From: Verrucomicrobiota bacterium
Lineage (GTDB): Bacteria; Verrucomicrobiota; Verrucomicrobiia; Limisphaerales; UBA1096
NCBI GenBank assembly: GCA_036166355.1
Contig: JAYZHR010000025.1
Coordinates: 131-64,130, forward strand
Direction of reading: 5' to 3'
Length of the DNA stretch: 64,000 nt
Shown: positions 63,100 to 64,000 of the stretch, in pieces
How the letters are laid out: each line of letters opens with the position of its first letter
Numbering within the stretch: the first letter of the stretch is position 1
Program-made: the position numbers and the translations under genes
Notes under the pieces: model-generated
Told to the model about the DNA's origin: nothing
What the model saw: only the letters and a program-made list of their open reading frames with translations
The model's database searches: none

Positions 63100-63828
63100 T
63101 TAAACTCCCTTTTTATCTGGGGGCCAAATGAATTTGTGCATCTGAATTTGAAATCTAATTGGCAGTCGATCGTTTGTAATTTGCTCAGCTAGCTTGTTTA
63201 AGGTTATTGGTGTGTGGTCTTTGGGTATAGATTTGAGAGATGTGTCTCGTTGGTGTTCTGCGATTGGAGCAACCCATGAAAAAAGCACTGGGCAGATTCC
63301 TGTTAATTGAAATTCTTCTATTTGTTCCTTGGCCCACTCGTAGTCTTCCCATGTACCAATTACAAATTTAACTTCATCAGTGGGTTTAAGATTAGCTATG
63401 TTTTCGCGCTTCATTTGATCAGATTCTCCGCTACTTGGGCATTTCCAATCCATGATGTTATGAACACGCGGATCACAGGTTTTTATGCTATGAGCTCCAC
63501 TGGTCTCGATCAGTACCGTTAACCCTATATCACACAACTGGGTCATTAAGGCGTGTACATTTTTTTGCAGTAGTGGTTCTCCGCCTGTGATTTCGACCAA
63601 TGGCAGTTTGCTTCCCTTTATTCCTTTGAAGTCGCATGTGCTGCTGAGCTCGTCGATTATTTCCTTGATAGCCATTCTCTTGCCTCCCTTGAACGCATAA
63701 ACTGTGTCACAGTATGAACAGCGAAGATCGCACCCCGTTAAACGTACAAAGGCACATGGTAATCCAGCGAAGGTGCTTTCACCTTGGATGCTAAGATAGA
63801 TTTCGTGGACTAACAGTGTTTCGGTCAT
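63100..63828 (-). CDS. queE: 7-carboxy-7-deazaguanine synthase QueE (radical SAM)
   Basis: The ATG at 63828 is preferred over the TTG at 63834. EIYLSIQGEST, the radical-SAM cluster CDLRCSYCDT, and ITGGEPLL. Confidence 0.85.
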   Translation of the reverse strand: MTETLLVHEIYLSIQGESTFAGLPCAFVRLTGCDLRCSYCDTVYAFKGGKRMAIKEIIDELSSTCDFKGIKGSKLPLVEITGGEPLLQKNVHALMTQLCDIGLTVLIETSGAHSIKTCDPRVHNIMDWKCPSSGESDQMKRENIANLKPTDEVKFVIGTWEDYEWAKEQIEEFQLTGICPVLFSWVAPIAEHQRDTSLKSIPKDHTPITLNKLAEQITNDRLPIRFQIQMHKFIWPPDKKGV

Positions 63829-63830
63829 AT

Positions 63831-64000
63831 TCAAGCCTCGGCAAAATCTTTCCAGAGATGGGCGCTCATATGTATGCCGCGAGTGAAGACCTCTAGATCT
63901 ATTTTTTCGTTTGGAGAATGGAGATTGTCATCTGGTAGTGCCAGTCCAAGCAGGTATGTATCAACCTTCAGAATTCTGGCAAAATTTTCGACGATCGGTA
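63831..64000 (-). CDS. peptidase M20 family dipeptidase, C-terminal fragment (5' end outside window)
   Basis: My own translation of the minus strand gives ...LLGLALPDDNLHSPNEKIDLEVFTRGIHMSAHLWKDFAEA*, with the stop at 63831-63833. The DD-x-x-HS-x-NEK motif is typical of the M20 dipeptidase (CNDP-like) C-terminus. It is absent from the ORF track because fewer than 60 aa fall in the window. Confidence 0.5.
   Translation of the reverse strand, partial: PIVENFARILKVDTYLLGLALPDDNLHSPNEKIDLEVFTRGIHMSAHLWKDFAEA

Noticed and set aside
1-64000. A search by eye for CRISPR arrays, tRNA/rRNA/tmRNA genes, IS elements, integrases, phage genes and toxin-antitoxin or other known defence-system genes.
   Set aside because: No direct-repeat/spacer arrays, cloverleaf-compatible intergenic sequences, transposase/integrase-like ORFs or terminal inverted repeats were seen. 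All intergenic regions are 250 bp or shorter. tRNAscan-SE, Infernal and a self-dotplot would be needed for certainty.

Overview
This is a 64-kb chromosomal segment with about 52 protein-coding genes, two of them truncated by the window edges. By eye I found no rRNA, tRNA, CRISPR array, transposase, integrase or other mobile-element signature. The gene content points to a moderately AT-rich member of the PVC superphylum (Verrucomicrobiota or Planctomycetota); this taxonomic call is inference. Supporting content: three Tat-signal DUF1501 proteins, two DUF1549/DUF1553 (PSD-type) giants, two DUF1552 proteins paired with DUF1585-1595-type giants carrying CxxCH motifs, three Cys-type sulfatases, an FG-GAP/VCBS protein, two PQQ-like beta-propellers and a PVC-type small basic protein. 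Recognisable housekeeping genes are purS, purQ, panE, hup, pdxA, trmB, an RsuA/RluB-family pseudouridine synthase, folD, rpmB, rsmA and queE. Genes lie in long strand-coherent blocks with very short gaps or overlapping stop/start codons. The best candidates for something undescribed are: (1) a translationally coupled four-gene envelope operon at 26843-33872, made of a giant coiled-coil membrane protein, a secreted alpha/alpha-toroid and two tandem repeat/jelly-roll paralogues, the last with a LysM domain; (2) a ten-gene minus-strand operon at 44362-59670 that embeds a function-unknown DUF1549/DUF1553 + DUF1501 pair among a transporter, dehydrogenases, a fused-E1/E2 2-oxoacid dehydrogenase and a secreted tandem-cyclase protein with degenerate motifs; (3) four giant+partner gene pairs plus a solitary DUF1501 gene, one giant carrying a ~295-aa domain insertion. 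Smaller items are an unlisted 51-aa small basic protein gene, a possible C-rich sRNA after purQ, an acyl-adenylate enzyme + ALDH-like pair, and several enzymes with altered catalytic motifs. All family assignments come from motif recognition by eye and need HMM or structure confirmation.
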